Assembly: GCA_035299105.1 (NCBI GenBank)
Contig: DATGXD010000317.1
Span: 1-21,555 of the forward strand
Reading direction: 5' to 3'
DNA from: Paludibacter sp.
Lineage (GTDB): Bacteria; Bacteroidota; Bacteroidia; Bacteroidales; Paludibacteraceae
DNA: 21,555 nt
Made by a program: the position numbers and the translations under genes. The notes under the pieces were generated by a model. That model worked only from the letters and a program-made list of their open reading frames with translations. It ran no database searches and was not told the DNA's origin. Numbering within the stretch: the first letter of the stretch is position 1; each line of letters opens with the position of its first letter. Below are positions 1 to 6,939 of this stretch, in pieces.

Positions 1-1910
1 TCGGTCAATTCGTCGATTTGTTTTTGCATCTCGTCGAGTTGTGTTTTTTCTTCGGCCGGAATTTCTTCATCCTTTTTACCCTTGTGGCTGTCTTTCAGCT
101 TGTCGCGCTTGCCCTTCACAACCGACAGTTCGGTTGCAATCGGCGCAATACCTTCGTTGCAGGCAGCTTCTTCGTCTTTCAACAGTTTTTCAATCACCGG
201 ATGGGCCGTGTTTACAACCAGGTTGTAGCTGTCGGGCATTTCGCCGTAGAAGCTCATCATGCCGCCCTGCAATGCCGACATGTCTTTCATGCGGCGCATG
301 AATTCGTTTTGTGTGATGAAAACCGGGTTGGCCGAGGCTGACAGTTGCTCGAAAGTAACGATGAAGTTCGATTTCGGCATAGCCGGAATCTGCGACTCGA
401 ATACGGTTACCAAGGCATCGCGCTGCTCGTCCGAAAGCGAAACTTTGGCTACATCTTCTTTTTCTATAATCTTGTCGATTACATCGCTGTCCACGCGCAC
501 AAAGCGGGTTTTTTCGAACTTCTGTTCCAGTTGGCTAACCACATGGACGTCCAGTTGCCCGTCCATTATCAATACGTCATAACCTTTCTCCTTGGCATGC
601 TGGATGTAGCTGTATTGCTCGTCGGTGTTGTTGGCATACAGGTAAATCAGGTCGCCGTTCTTGTCTTTCTGGGTTTCGCCCACCAGCGTTTTGTATTCTT
701 CGAAAGTGAAATATTTCCCATCCACGTTTTTCAGGAGGGCAAATTTTTCGCCGCGTTCGTAGAATTTTTCATCGCTGAGCATGCCGTATTGGATAAACAG
801 TTTCAGGTTGTCCCATTTTTCCTCGAACTGCTGGCGGTCGGCTTTGAATATGTCATTCAACCGGTCGGCCACCTTTTTGGTGATGTGGCTCGAAATCTTC
901 TTCACGTTGCCATCGCTTTGCAAGTAGCTGCGCGACACGTTCAGCGGGATATCCGGCGAGTCGATAACACCATGCAGCAATGTAAGGTATTCCGGCACAA
1001 TGTTTTCCACATGGTCGGTAACGTATACCTGGTTGCAGTACAGCTGGATTTTATTCCGTTGCAGGTCAATATTGTTCTTGATTTTCGGGAAATAGAGGAT
1101 ACCGGTCAGGTTGAACGGATAATCCACATTCAGGTGGATATGGAACATGGGGTCTTCGGCCATCGGGTTCAACTCGCGGTAGAAAGCCTGGTAGTCTTCG
1201 TCCTTCAGGTCGGCAGGTTTGCGGGTCCATGCGGGGTTGGTGTTGTTTATGATATTGTCATCACCGGTTTCCACCTGCTTGCCGTCTTTCCATTCTTTTT
1301 TCTTGCCAAAGGCGATTTCAATCGGGAGGAACTTGCAGTACTTTGTCAGGAGTTCCTGTATTTTCGATTCTTCGAGGAAGTCCTTGTTCTCATCATCGAT
1401 ATGGAGGACAATGTCGGTTCCGCGGTCCGATTTAATGGTGTCTTCGAGCGTGTATTCCGGATCGCCCTTGCACGACCAGTGCTGGGCCGAAGCTTCCTTG
1501 TGCGACTGGGTGAAAATTTCCACTTTTTTGGAAACCATGAACGAAGAGTAGAAGCCAAGCCCGAAATGCCCGATAATGGCTTGTGCATCGTTTTTGTATT
1601 TTTCAAGGAATTCTTCGGCTCCCGAAAAGGCAATCTGGTTGATGTATTTCTCGATTTCGTCGGAAGTCATCCCGATACCGCGGTCGGAGATAGTCAGCGT
1701 GCCTTTCTTTTTGTCGATGCTTACACGGACGGTCAGGTCGCCAAGCTCACCTTTGAATTCGCCCACCGAGGCCAGTGTTTTCAGTTTCTGGGTGGCGTCT
1801 ACTGCATTCGACACCAGTTCGCGGAGGAAAATTTCATGATCGCTGTACAAAAATTTCTTGATAACGGGGAAAATGTTCGCGCTCGTAACCCCAATGTTTC
1901 CTTTTGCCAT
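1..1910 (-). CDS. htpG: Molecular chaperone HtpG (Hsp90 family); about 636 N-terminal codons, with the C-terminal end off the left edge of the window
   Basis: It is absent from the ORF track because no stop codon lies inside the window. The reverse complement from ATG 1910..1908 reads MAKGNIGVTSANIFPVIKKFLYSDHEIFLRELVSNAVDATQKLK...ISDRGIGMT, a GHKL ATPase N-terminus. Spot checks in the same frame give IPLNVSRSYLQSDGNV (around 950) and MRRMKDMSALQGGMMSFYG (around 290). The frame was open in the segments translated (about 1550..1910, around 900..960, 240..300 and 1..60), and the ORF track lists no minus-strand ORF in this frame that ends inside the window. Confidence 0.93.
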   Translation of the reverse strand, partial: MAKGNIGVTSANIFPVIKKFLYSDHEIFLRELVSNAVDATQKLKTLASVGEFKGELGDLTVRVSIDKKKGTLTISDRGIGMTSDEIEKYINQIAFSGAEEFLEKYKNDAQAIIGHFGLGFYSSFMVSKKVEIFTQSHKEASAQHWSCKGDPEYTLEDTIKSDRGTDIVLHIDDENKDFLEESKIQELLTKYCKFLPIEIAFGKKKEWKDGKQVETGDDNIINNTNPAWTRKPADLKDEDYQAFYRELNPMAEDPMFHIHLNVDYPFNLTGILYFPKIKNNIDLQRNKIQLYCNQVYVTDHVENIVPEYLTLLHGVIDSPDIPLNVSRSYLQSDGNVKKISSHITKKVADRLNDIFKADRQQFEEKWDNLKLFIQYGMLSDEKFYERGEKFALLKNVDGKYFTFEEYKTLVGETQKDKNGDLIYLYANNTDEQYSYIQHAKEKGYDVLIMDGQLDVHVVSQLEQKFEKTRFVRVDSDVIDKIIEKEDVAKVSLSDEQRDALVTVFESQIPAMPKSNFIVTFEQLSASANPVFITQNEFMRRMKDMSALQGGMMSFYGEMPDSYNLVVNTAHPVIEKLLKDEEAACNEGIAPIATELSVVKGKRDKLKDSHKGKKDEEIPAEEKTQLDEMQKQIDELT

Positions 1911-2088
1911 TGTTAGTTCTATGTTTATTAGTTAAATAATAATGGATTTCAATTTTCGGAAACCGTGCTGGTCAAAAAAAATGCCAGCAGCTGTTTTGGT
2001 GACAGAATGACATGAAACGTGTGCAAGCAGGTTTGCTCGTGTCAGGATTTGCCGGAAACACATTTTCGTAATACCTTTTGCAGGTCGT

Positions 2089-2964
2089 TTATTTCCTCCA
2101 GCGTTTTGTTAGGTCTTCGAAGAAGTCAATTCGCCTGTCCCTGAAAAATGGCCACATGCGCCGTACGGTTTCCGAACGTGCAAGGTCAATTTCGAGTATA
2201 AGGTTTTCTTCGTTTCCGTTCGAAGCTTGTGCGATGATTTCTCCTTGCGGGCCAGCCACAAAGCTGTTTCCCCAGAACTGTATGCCGTTGGTAGCTCCGG
2301 ATGGGTCTGGTTCATAACCGGTTCGGTTGCACGAAATTACATGCAGGCCGTTAGCCACCGCATGACCGCGCTGGACGGTAACCCAGGCATTGGTTTGACG
2401 CTGCTTTTCTTCGTCGGTATCGGTGCTTTCCCAGCCAATGGCCGTTGGGTAAATCAGCATTTCGGCGCCGGCCATGGCCATCAGGCGGGCTGCTTCGGGG
2501 TACCATTGGTCCCAGCAAACCAGCACACCCAGTTTCCCCGCCGAAGTTTGTATGGGTTCAAAGCCCAGGTCGCCGGGTGTGAAATAGAATTTTTCGTAAT
2601 AAGCCGGGTCGTCGGGGATATGCATTTTGCGGTATTTGCCGGCAATGCTCCCATCGGTTTCAATCACCACGGCAGTGTTGTGGTAGAGGCCGGCAGCCCG
2701 TTTCTCGAACAGCGAAAGCACTATGACCACACCGAGTTCCCGGGCCAGTTTCCCAAACGAATCGGTGGAAGGCCCAGGAATGGTTTCGGCCTGTTCAAAA
2801 ACCGAAGGATCTTCGGTCTGGCAAAAATACAGGCCGTTGTGCAGTTCCTGCAACACAATGAGTTCGGCACCCTGCGCTGCACAGGCACGCATGTTTTTCT
2901 CCAGTTTGGCCGCGTTTATAGTGCGGTCGGCTGTGTTCGATTGTTGGATTAATGCTATTTTCAT
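2089..2964 (-). CDS. aguB: N-carbamoylputrescine amidase (carbon-nitrogen hydrolase family)
   Basis: 291-aa ORF with nitrilase-superfamily Glu/Lys/Cys contexts LIVLQEL, YRKMHIP and LVCWDQWYPE. It lies 24 nt downstream of aguA on the same strand. Confidence 0.88.
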   Translation of the reverse strand: MKIALIQQSNTADRTINAAKLEKNMRACAAQGAELIVLQELHNGLYFCQTEDPSVFEQAETIPGPSTDSFGKLARELGVVIVLSLFEKRAAGLYHNTAVVIETDGSIAGKYRKMHIPDDPAYYEKFYFTPGDLGFEPIQTSAGKLGVLVCWDQWYPEAARLMAMAGAEMLIYPTAIGWESTDTDEEKQRQTNAWVTVQRGHAVANGLHVISCNRTGYEPDPSGATNGIQFWGNSFVAGPQGEIIAQASNGNEENLILEIDLARSETVRRMWPFFRDRRIDFFEDLTKRWRK

Positions 2965-2988
2965 GGATTAGTTCTTTTGCACGTGGTT

Positions 2989-4008
2989 TTACCTACTGCT
3001 TGCCGCTGGATATTGCATCGTCACGCAATGCAACGAACCATGTTGTTTTATCAGCGCCATGCAGTCTATCCCAATGATTTCCCTGTCGGGAAAGGCTTTT
3101 CTCAATTGCTGTTTGGCTGTTTCGTCCTTGGGCGAGTTGTAGGTCGGCACCAGGACCGCGCCGTTTATAATCAGGAAGTTGGCGTAAGTGGCTGGCAAAC
3201 GTTCCCCGTCTTCGTCGCAAACTGCATCGGCCATCGGCAATGCGATAAGCCGGTAATAACCACCTTCGGAAGTACGGAAGCTGCGGAGTTCTTTTTTCAT
3301 TCTCCTCAATTCGTCGAAATGTTCATCTTCCGGGTCATCGCAAAAAACATAAGCTATCGTGCTTTTGTCCGTAAACCGTGCCAAAGTATCGATATGGCTG
3401 TCGGTGTCATCGCCCGCTAGATACCCGTGGTTGAGCCACAACACTTGTTTCAGCCCGAAGTATTCCTTCAGTTTCGTCTCCATGTCGTCTTCCGATAGGT
3501 GGTTGCGGTTGTCCGACAGCAGGCATTCGGCAGTGGTCAGGACAGTTCCCAGCCCGTCGGACTCGATACTTCCGCCTTCCAGGATGAAGTTATAGCAGTT
3601 GCGGTGGGCTCTTTCATCAAAAATTCCGGCCATGTACAACCGGCGGGTAATCAGGTTGTCGAGGTTTGCCGCAAACTTCATTCCCCAGCCGTTGAATGTG
3701 AAATCATAAATTACCGGCTCTCCGTCTTCCAGCACCGTTATTCCGCCGTGGTCACGCGCCCAGGTGTCGTTTGTGGGCATTTCGGCAAAGGTGATTTTTT
3801 CCAGTTCTTCCTCGCTGAAAAATGCTTCAACCTCATCGCTGTCCACACATACAATCAGCAAGTTTTCAAACCGGAGAATCGTCTTGGCAATGTTCACAAA
3901 GCACTCGGTCACTTCATCGAGCATGTATGCCCAGTCGGTGCCGGCATGAGGCCAGGTAAGTTGTACAAATTCCTGTTCAGCCCATTCGGCCGGTAATATC
4001 TTTTCCAT
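2989..4008 (-). CDS. aguA: Agmatine deiminase
   Basis: 339-aa ORF. The N-terminus PAEWAEQEFVQLTWPH and the C-terminal catalytic-Cys motif GSLHCVTMQYP are typical of agmatine deiminase / PAD_porph enzymes. It sits directly upstream of aguB. Confidence 0.9.
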   Translation of the reverse strand: MEKILPAEWAEQEFVQLTWPHAGTDWAYMLDEVTECFVNIAKTILRFENLLIVCVDSDEVEAFFSEEELEKITFAEMPTNDTWARDHGGITVLEDGEPVIYDFTFNGWGMKFAANLDNLITRRLYMAGIFDERAHRNCYNFILEGGSIESDGLGTVLTTAECLLSDNRNHLSEDDMETKLKEYFGLKQVLWLNHGYLAGDDTDSHIDTLARFTDKSTIAYVFCDDPEDEHFDELRRMKKELRSFRTSEGGYYRLIALPMADAVCDEDGERLPATYANFLIINGAVLVPTYNSPKDETAKQQLRKAFPDREIIGIDCMALIKQHGSLHCVTMQYPAASSR

Positions 4009-4040
4009 AAACCGCTAATATCCTTTTTGAATCTATGCCA

Positions 4041-4048
4041 CAAAAGTA
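4041..4048 (-). promoter_or_regulatory. Candidate -7 promoter box for aguA-aguB
   Basis: The minus strand reads TACTTTTG, matching the Bacteroidota TAnnTTTG consensus. It lies 32 nt upstream of the aguA ATG. Confidence 0.45.
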
Positions 4049-4088
4049 CAAAAAAATAGCAGTTCTCTCAATAATCAAAGCTTTTGAG

Positions 4089-4096
4089 TAATTTTG
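4089..4096 (+). promoter_or_regulatory. Candidate -7 promoter box for queC
   Basis: TAATTTTG matches TAnnTTTG and ends 45 nt before the queC ATG. It is divergent from the aguA box. Confidence 0.45.
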
Positions 4097-4141
4097 CAGG
4101 CTCAAAATCAATTTTAATTCCCCCTTAGGGGATAGGGGTTT

Positions 4142-4786
4142 ATGAAGGATACAATAATATTATATTCGGGTGGAATGGACAGTTCGGTGGCCTTGTACCA
4201 GTATGCTGAAAGGATCCGCTTGGCGGTTTCGTTCAATTACGGTTCGAAGCACAACGCCCGGGAAATTGAATATGCGGCTGAAAATTGCAAGGCACTGGGA
4301 ATCGAACATCGGGTTATTGAAATGGACTTGAACAAGATGGGCTTCGTGTCCGACTTGTTGCAGTCGGGTGGCGCGATCCCTGACGGGCATTACGAAGATG
4401 AGTCGATGAAAAAGACCGTTGTCCCGTTCCGCAACGGCATTATGCTCAGCATTGCAGCCGGGTTGGCCGAAAGCATGGATTGCAAATACGTCCTGATTTC
4501 GAACCATGCCGGCGACCATGCCATTTATCCCGATTGCCGGGAGAATTTTATTCAAGCAATGAATGAGGCGATCAACCTCGGGACTTACACCAATTCCGAA
4601 ATCTTGGCCCCGTTCACCAACCTTAGCAAACGCGAAATTGCCTTTATCGGCAAGGAAATAAACGTTCCATTCGAAAATACATATTCCTGCTACAATGGAG
4701 GGGAGGTGCATTGCGGGACTTGCGGAACCTGCACCGAGCGGAAAGAGGCGTTGGACGGTTTTGACCCGACCAGGTATCTGCGATAA
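4142..4786 (+). CDS. queC: 7-cyano-7-deazaguanine synthase (QueC, short HAGDHAIYPDCR type)
   Basis: 214 aa with the PP-loop SGGMDSS, the motif VPFRNGIMLSIAAG...GDHAIYPDCR, and the C-terminal zinc motif SCYNGGEVHCGTCGTCTERKEAL (C-x8-C-x2-C-x2-C). Confidence 0.8.
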   Translation: MKDTIILYSGGMDSSVALYQYAERIRLAVSFNYGSKHNAREIEYAAENCKALGIEHRVIEMDLNKMGFVSDLLQSGGAIPDGHYEDESMKKTVVPFRNGIMLSIAAGLAESMDCKYVLISNHAGDHAIYPDCRENFIQAMNEAINLGTYTNSEILAPFTNLSKREIAFIGKEINVPFENTYSCYNGGEVHCGTCGTCTERKEALDGFDPTRYLR

Positions 4787-4984
4787 ATGGAATTAGACCT
4801 TGCCCGCTTCTTCCTGTTGCGGCCATGTTCTGTAAGTGTATGCTGAATATCGCTGAATTGAATGCCGGTCTCAATAGGTTTTTTTAAGAAATAGTTTTGG
4901 GATGCCAAACCTGCAAAAGGATTATTGACAACAGACCGCCACCTAAGGGGTTTCCATTTTTTTTTATAATCCCGGAAAAACAAC

Positions 4985-4992
4985 TATTTTTG
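4985..4992 (+). promoter_or_regulatory. Candidate -7 promoter box for the CANSDH gene
   Basis: TATTTTTG matches TAnnTTTG and ends 41 nt before ATG 5034. Confidence 0.4.
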
Positions 4993-5033
4993 TAGCCAAA
5001 TTAAAAAACATAACTCTCAATAATTCAACAAAA

Positions 5034-6236
5034 ATGGGAAAAGTATTGATTATCGGTGCCGGAGGTGTTGGGACCGTTGTGGTTCACAAAGTGGCACAGA
5101 ATCCGGATGTTTTTACTGAAATCATGTTGGCCAGCCGCACCAAATCGAAATGCGACACAATTGCCGCCGACGTAAAAGCGCGTTACGGTGTGGAGGTTAA
5201 AACGGCACAGGTGGATGCCGATGTTGTACCTGAACTGGCGGCTCTTTTCAACGATTATAAACCCGAACTAGTTGTCAATGTGGCGCTTCCGTACCAGGAC
5301 CTGACCATTATGGATGCATGCCTCGAAGCCGGTGTCAACTACCTCGATACCGCCAATTACGAACCGAAGGATGAAGCACACTTCGAATACAGCTGGCAAT
5401 GGGCTTACAAGGAAAAATTTGAGAAAGCCGGCCTCACCGCCATTCTGGGCTGCGGTTTCGACCCGGGTGTGACCAGCATTTACACGGCTTATGCGGCCAA
5501 GCATCATTTCGACGAGATTCAATACCTGGACATTGTGGACTGCAATGCGGGCGACCACGGAAAAGCATTTGCCACCAACTTCAACCCGGAAATCAATATC
5601 CGCGAGGTTTCGCAACGAGGGAAATACTGGGAAAACGGCCAATGGGTCGAAACCGAACCGCACGAAATACACAAGCCGCTGAACTATCCTGAAATCGGTC
5701 CGAAAGAATCGTATGTCATTTACCACGAGGAACTTGAATCGCTGGTGAAAAACTTCCCAACTATCAAACGCGCCCGTTTCTGGATGACTTTCGGCCAGGA
5801 ATACCTCACCCATTTACGGGTGATTCAAAACATTGGTATGGCACGCATCGACGAAGTGGAATACAACGGCGTGAAAATCGTTCCCATCCAGTTCCTCAAG
5901 GCTGTGTTGCCCAACCCGGGTGACCTGGGCGAAAACTATACCGGCTGGACTTCCATCGGTTGCCGCATCAAGGGACTGAAAGATGGCAAGGAAAAAACCT
6001 ATTACGTGTACAACAATTGCAGCCACGAAGCGGCTTACAAGGAAACCGGAACCCAGGGAGTGAGCTACACCACCGGCGTGCCGGCCATGATTGGCGCCAT
6101 GATGTTCATGAAAGGCCTCTGGAAAAAACCGGGTGTGTACAATGTGGAAGAATTCAACCCCGATCCATTCATGGAACAATTGAACATTCATGGTTTACCT
6201 TGGGTAGAGCTGCATGATGTAGATCTTGAATTATAA
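5034..6236 (+). CDS. Carboxy(nor)spermidine dehydrogenase/synthase (saccharopine dehydrogenase family)
   Basis: 400 aa with the N-terminal Rossmann motif KVLIIGAGGVGTVV. Length and overall sequence pattern fit CANSDH, and it sits in the same orientation as nspC. Confidence 0.85.
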   Translation: MGKVLIIGAGGVGTVVVHKVAQNPDVFTEIMLASRTKSKCDTIAADVKARYGVEVKTAQVDADVVPELAALFNDYKPELVVNVALPYQDLTIMDACLEAGVNYLDTANYEPKDEAHFEYSWQWAYKEKFEKAGLTAILGCGFDPGVTSIYTAYAAKHHFDEIQYLDIVDCNAGDHGKAFATNFNPEINIREVSQRGKYWENGQWVETEPHEIHKPLNYPEIGPKESYVIYHEELESLVKNFPTIKRARFWMTFGQEYLTHLRVIQNIGMARIDEVEYNGVKIVPIQFLKAVLPNPGDLGENYTGWTSIGCRIKGLKDGKEKTYYVYNNCSHEAAYKETGTQGVSYTTGVPAMIGAMMFMKGLWKKPGVYNVEEFNPDPFMEQLNIHGLPWVELHDVDLEL

Positions 6237-6248
6237 TAGTCCAGACTA

Positions 6249-6284
6249 TGATTTTTGTGATTAAATTGATTATTGTGATTTGAT
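6249..6284. repeat. Four tandem 9-mers TGATTNNNN
   Basis: TGATT starts at 6249, 6258, 6267 and 6276, an exact 9-bp period. A fifth, partial TGAT follows at 6281. Confidence 0.8.
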
Positions 6285-6298
6285 ATAAAAATCTTAAA

Positions 6299-6348
6299 AC
6301 TTGTAACTTGTAACTTGTAACTTGTAACTAATTACTTGTAACTACTTA
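6299..6348. repeat. Heptad array A: ACTTGTA x4, then ACTAATT, ACTTGTA, ACTACTT
   Basis: Seven in-phase 7-mers all begin with ACT. The first four are perfect tandem copies. Confidence 0.9.
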
Positions 6349-6353
6349 TTATT

Positions 6354-6393
6354 AAAATGATTGTTGTATTTTTGTATACGACAATCATTTTTT
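6354..6393 (+). terminator. AT-rich stem-loop followed by a T-run; candidate terminator after the CANSDH gene
   Basis: AAAATGATTGTTGTA (6354..6368) pairs with TACGACAATCATTTT (6377..6391). That gives 15 bp with one G-U pair, and the T-run continues past the stem. Confidence 0.45.
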
Positions 6394-6454
6394 CATTTAA
6401 GTAAGTGGTTATAATTAATGATATGTTTTTTTTTGCCAATAATCAGGTAGACAG

Positions 6455-6490
6455 ACTTGTAACTCGTAACTAATTACTTGTAACTACTTA
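6455..6490. repeat. Heptad array B: a 36-nt direct repeat of 6313..6348 (35/36 identical)
   Basis: ACTTGTA ACTCGTA ACTAATT ACTTGTA ACTACTT A. There is a single T-to-C difference from array A, and it ends 19 nt before the GxxExxY ATG. Confidence 0.9.
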
Positions 6491-6491
6491 A

Positions 6492-6499
6492 TACTTTTG
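6492..6499 (+). promoter_or_regulatory. Candidate -7 promoter box for the GxxExxY gene (and possibly nspC)
   Basis: TACTTTTG lies immediately after heptad array B and ends only 10 nt before ATG 6510, which would give a near-leaderless mRNA. Confidence 0.35.
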
Positions 6500-6509
6500 A
6501 ATCCCTGAT

Positions 6510-6932
6510 ATGATAGATGAAAAATACAAGTACTCGGCTCTGACCGAAAAGATTATCGGTTGTGCTATGGAAGTGCACCGGAATCTTGGAAACGGTTTCC
6601 AGGAAGTCATCTATCAGCGTGCGTTGGAAATGGAAATGACCTTACAGGGATTGAATTTCAGCCGCGAACATGAAATGCCTATTTTCTATAAAGGCAAACA
6701 TATTGGTACAAGGCGTGTTGATTTTTTGGTGGAAGAATTTGTTTCAGTCGAATTAAAAGCTGTTGTTCACTTGGAGGATGTTCATTTTGCCCAGGCAATC
6801 AATTACCTGGAAGCCTATAGCCTGGAAGTCGGATTGTTGGTTAACTTTGGAACCCGAAGTTTGGAATTTAAACGACTTGCAAATAAAAATTTTAAGCAAT
6901 TAAATAATCAGGGTAATCCCATAATCAAATAA
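6510..6932 (+). CDS. GxxExxY protein (PD-(D/E)XK nuclease-fold family, function unknown)
   Basis: 140 aa carrying the signature GFQEVIY (GxxExxY) and the PD-(D/E)XK-like core RRVDFLVEEFVSVELKAV. It is visibly more AT-rich than both neighbouring genes. Confidence 0.85.
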   Translation: MIDEKYKYSALTEKIIGCAMEVHRNLGNGFQEVIYQRALEMEMTLQGLNFSREHEMPIFYKGKHIGTRRVDFLVEEFVSVELKAVVHLEDVHFAQAINYLEAYSLEVGLLVNFGTRSLEFKRLANKNFKQLNNQGNPIIK

Positions 6933-6939
6933 AATCATA

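Noticed and set aside
345-1916. 523-aa plus-strand ORF
   Set aside because: It is antisense to a clearly recognisable htpG. Its composition is dominated by Val, Phe and Leu, as expected from reverse-complemented Glu/Lys/Asp/Asn codons, and it has no recognisable domain.
2227-2952. 241-aa plus-strand ORF, plus similar long mirror ORFs at 3499..3996, 4160..4711, 5268..5813, 7690..8196, 14488..15090, 16187..16741, 17915..18616, 19684..20454 and 20635..21168
   Set aside because: Each lies fully inside and antisense to a gene with strong family motifs. Their translations are low-complexity and Arg/Gly/Val/Phe-rich, with no recognisable motifs.
4097-4141. Canonical preQ1-I riboswitch upstream of queC
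   Set aside because: The 3-nt loop of the CCCC/GGGG hairpin and the absence of the A-rich 3' tail do not fit the class I consensus as I recall it. I kept it only as an unclassified structured leader.
4857-4887. queC terminator (ATTGA...TCAAT followed by T7)
   Set aside because: The stem is only 5 AT-rich base pairs with a 9-nt loop, which is too weak to call, although the T-run is suggestive.
4690-4983. 97-aa minus-strand ORF spanning the queC-CANSDH intergenic region
   Set aside because: It is a highly basic, low-complexity translation that overlaps the queC 3' end. It has no start context or promoter box, so it is probably non-coding.
6357-6404. 15-codon hydrophobic micro-ORF (MIVVFLYTTIIFSFK) in the repeat spacer
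   Set aside because: It coincides exactly with the two arms of the 15-bp hairpin, so its apparent coding capacity follows from the palindrome. There is no other support.
6299-6490. CRISPR array
   Set aside because: The units are 7 nt and contiguous, with no spacers. The two 36-nt copies are separated by a single 106-nt segment, and no cas genes are present.
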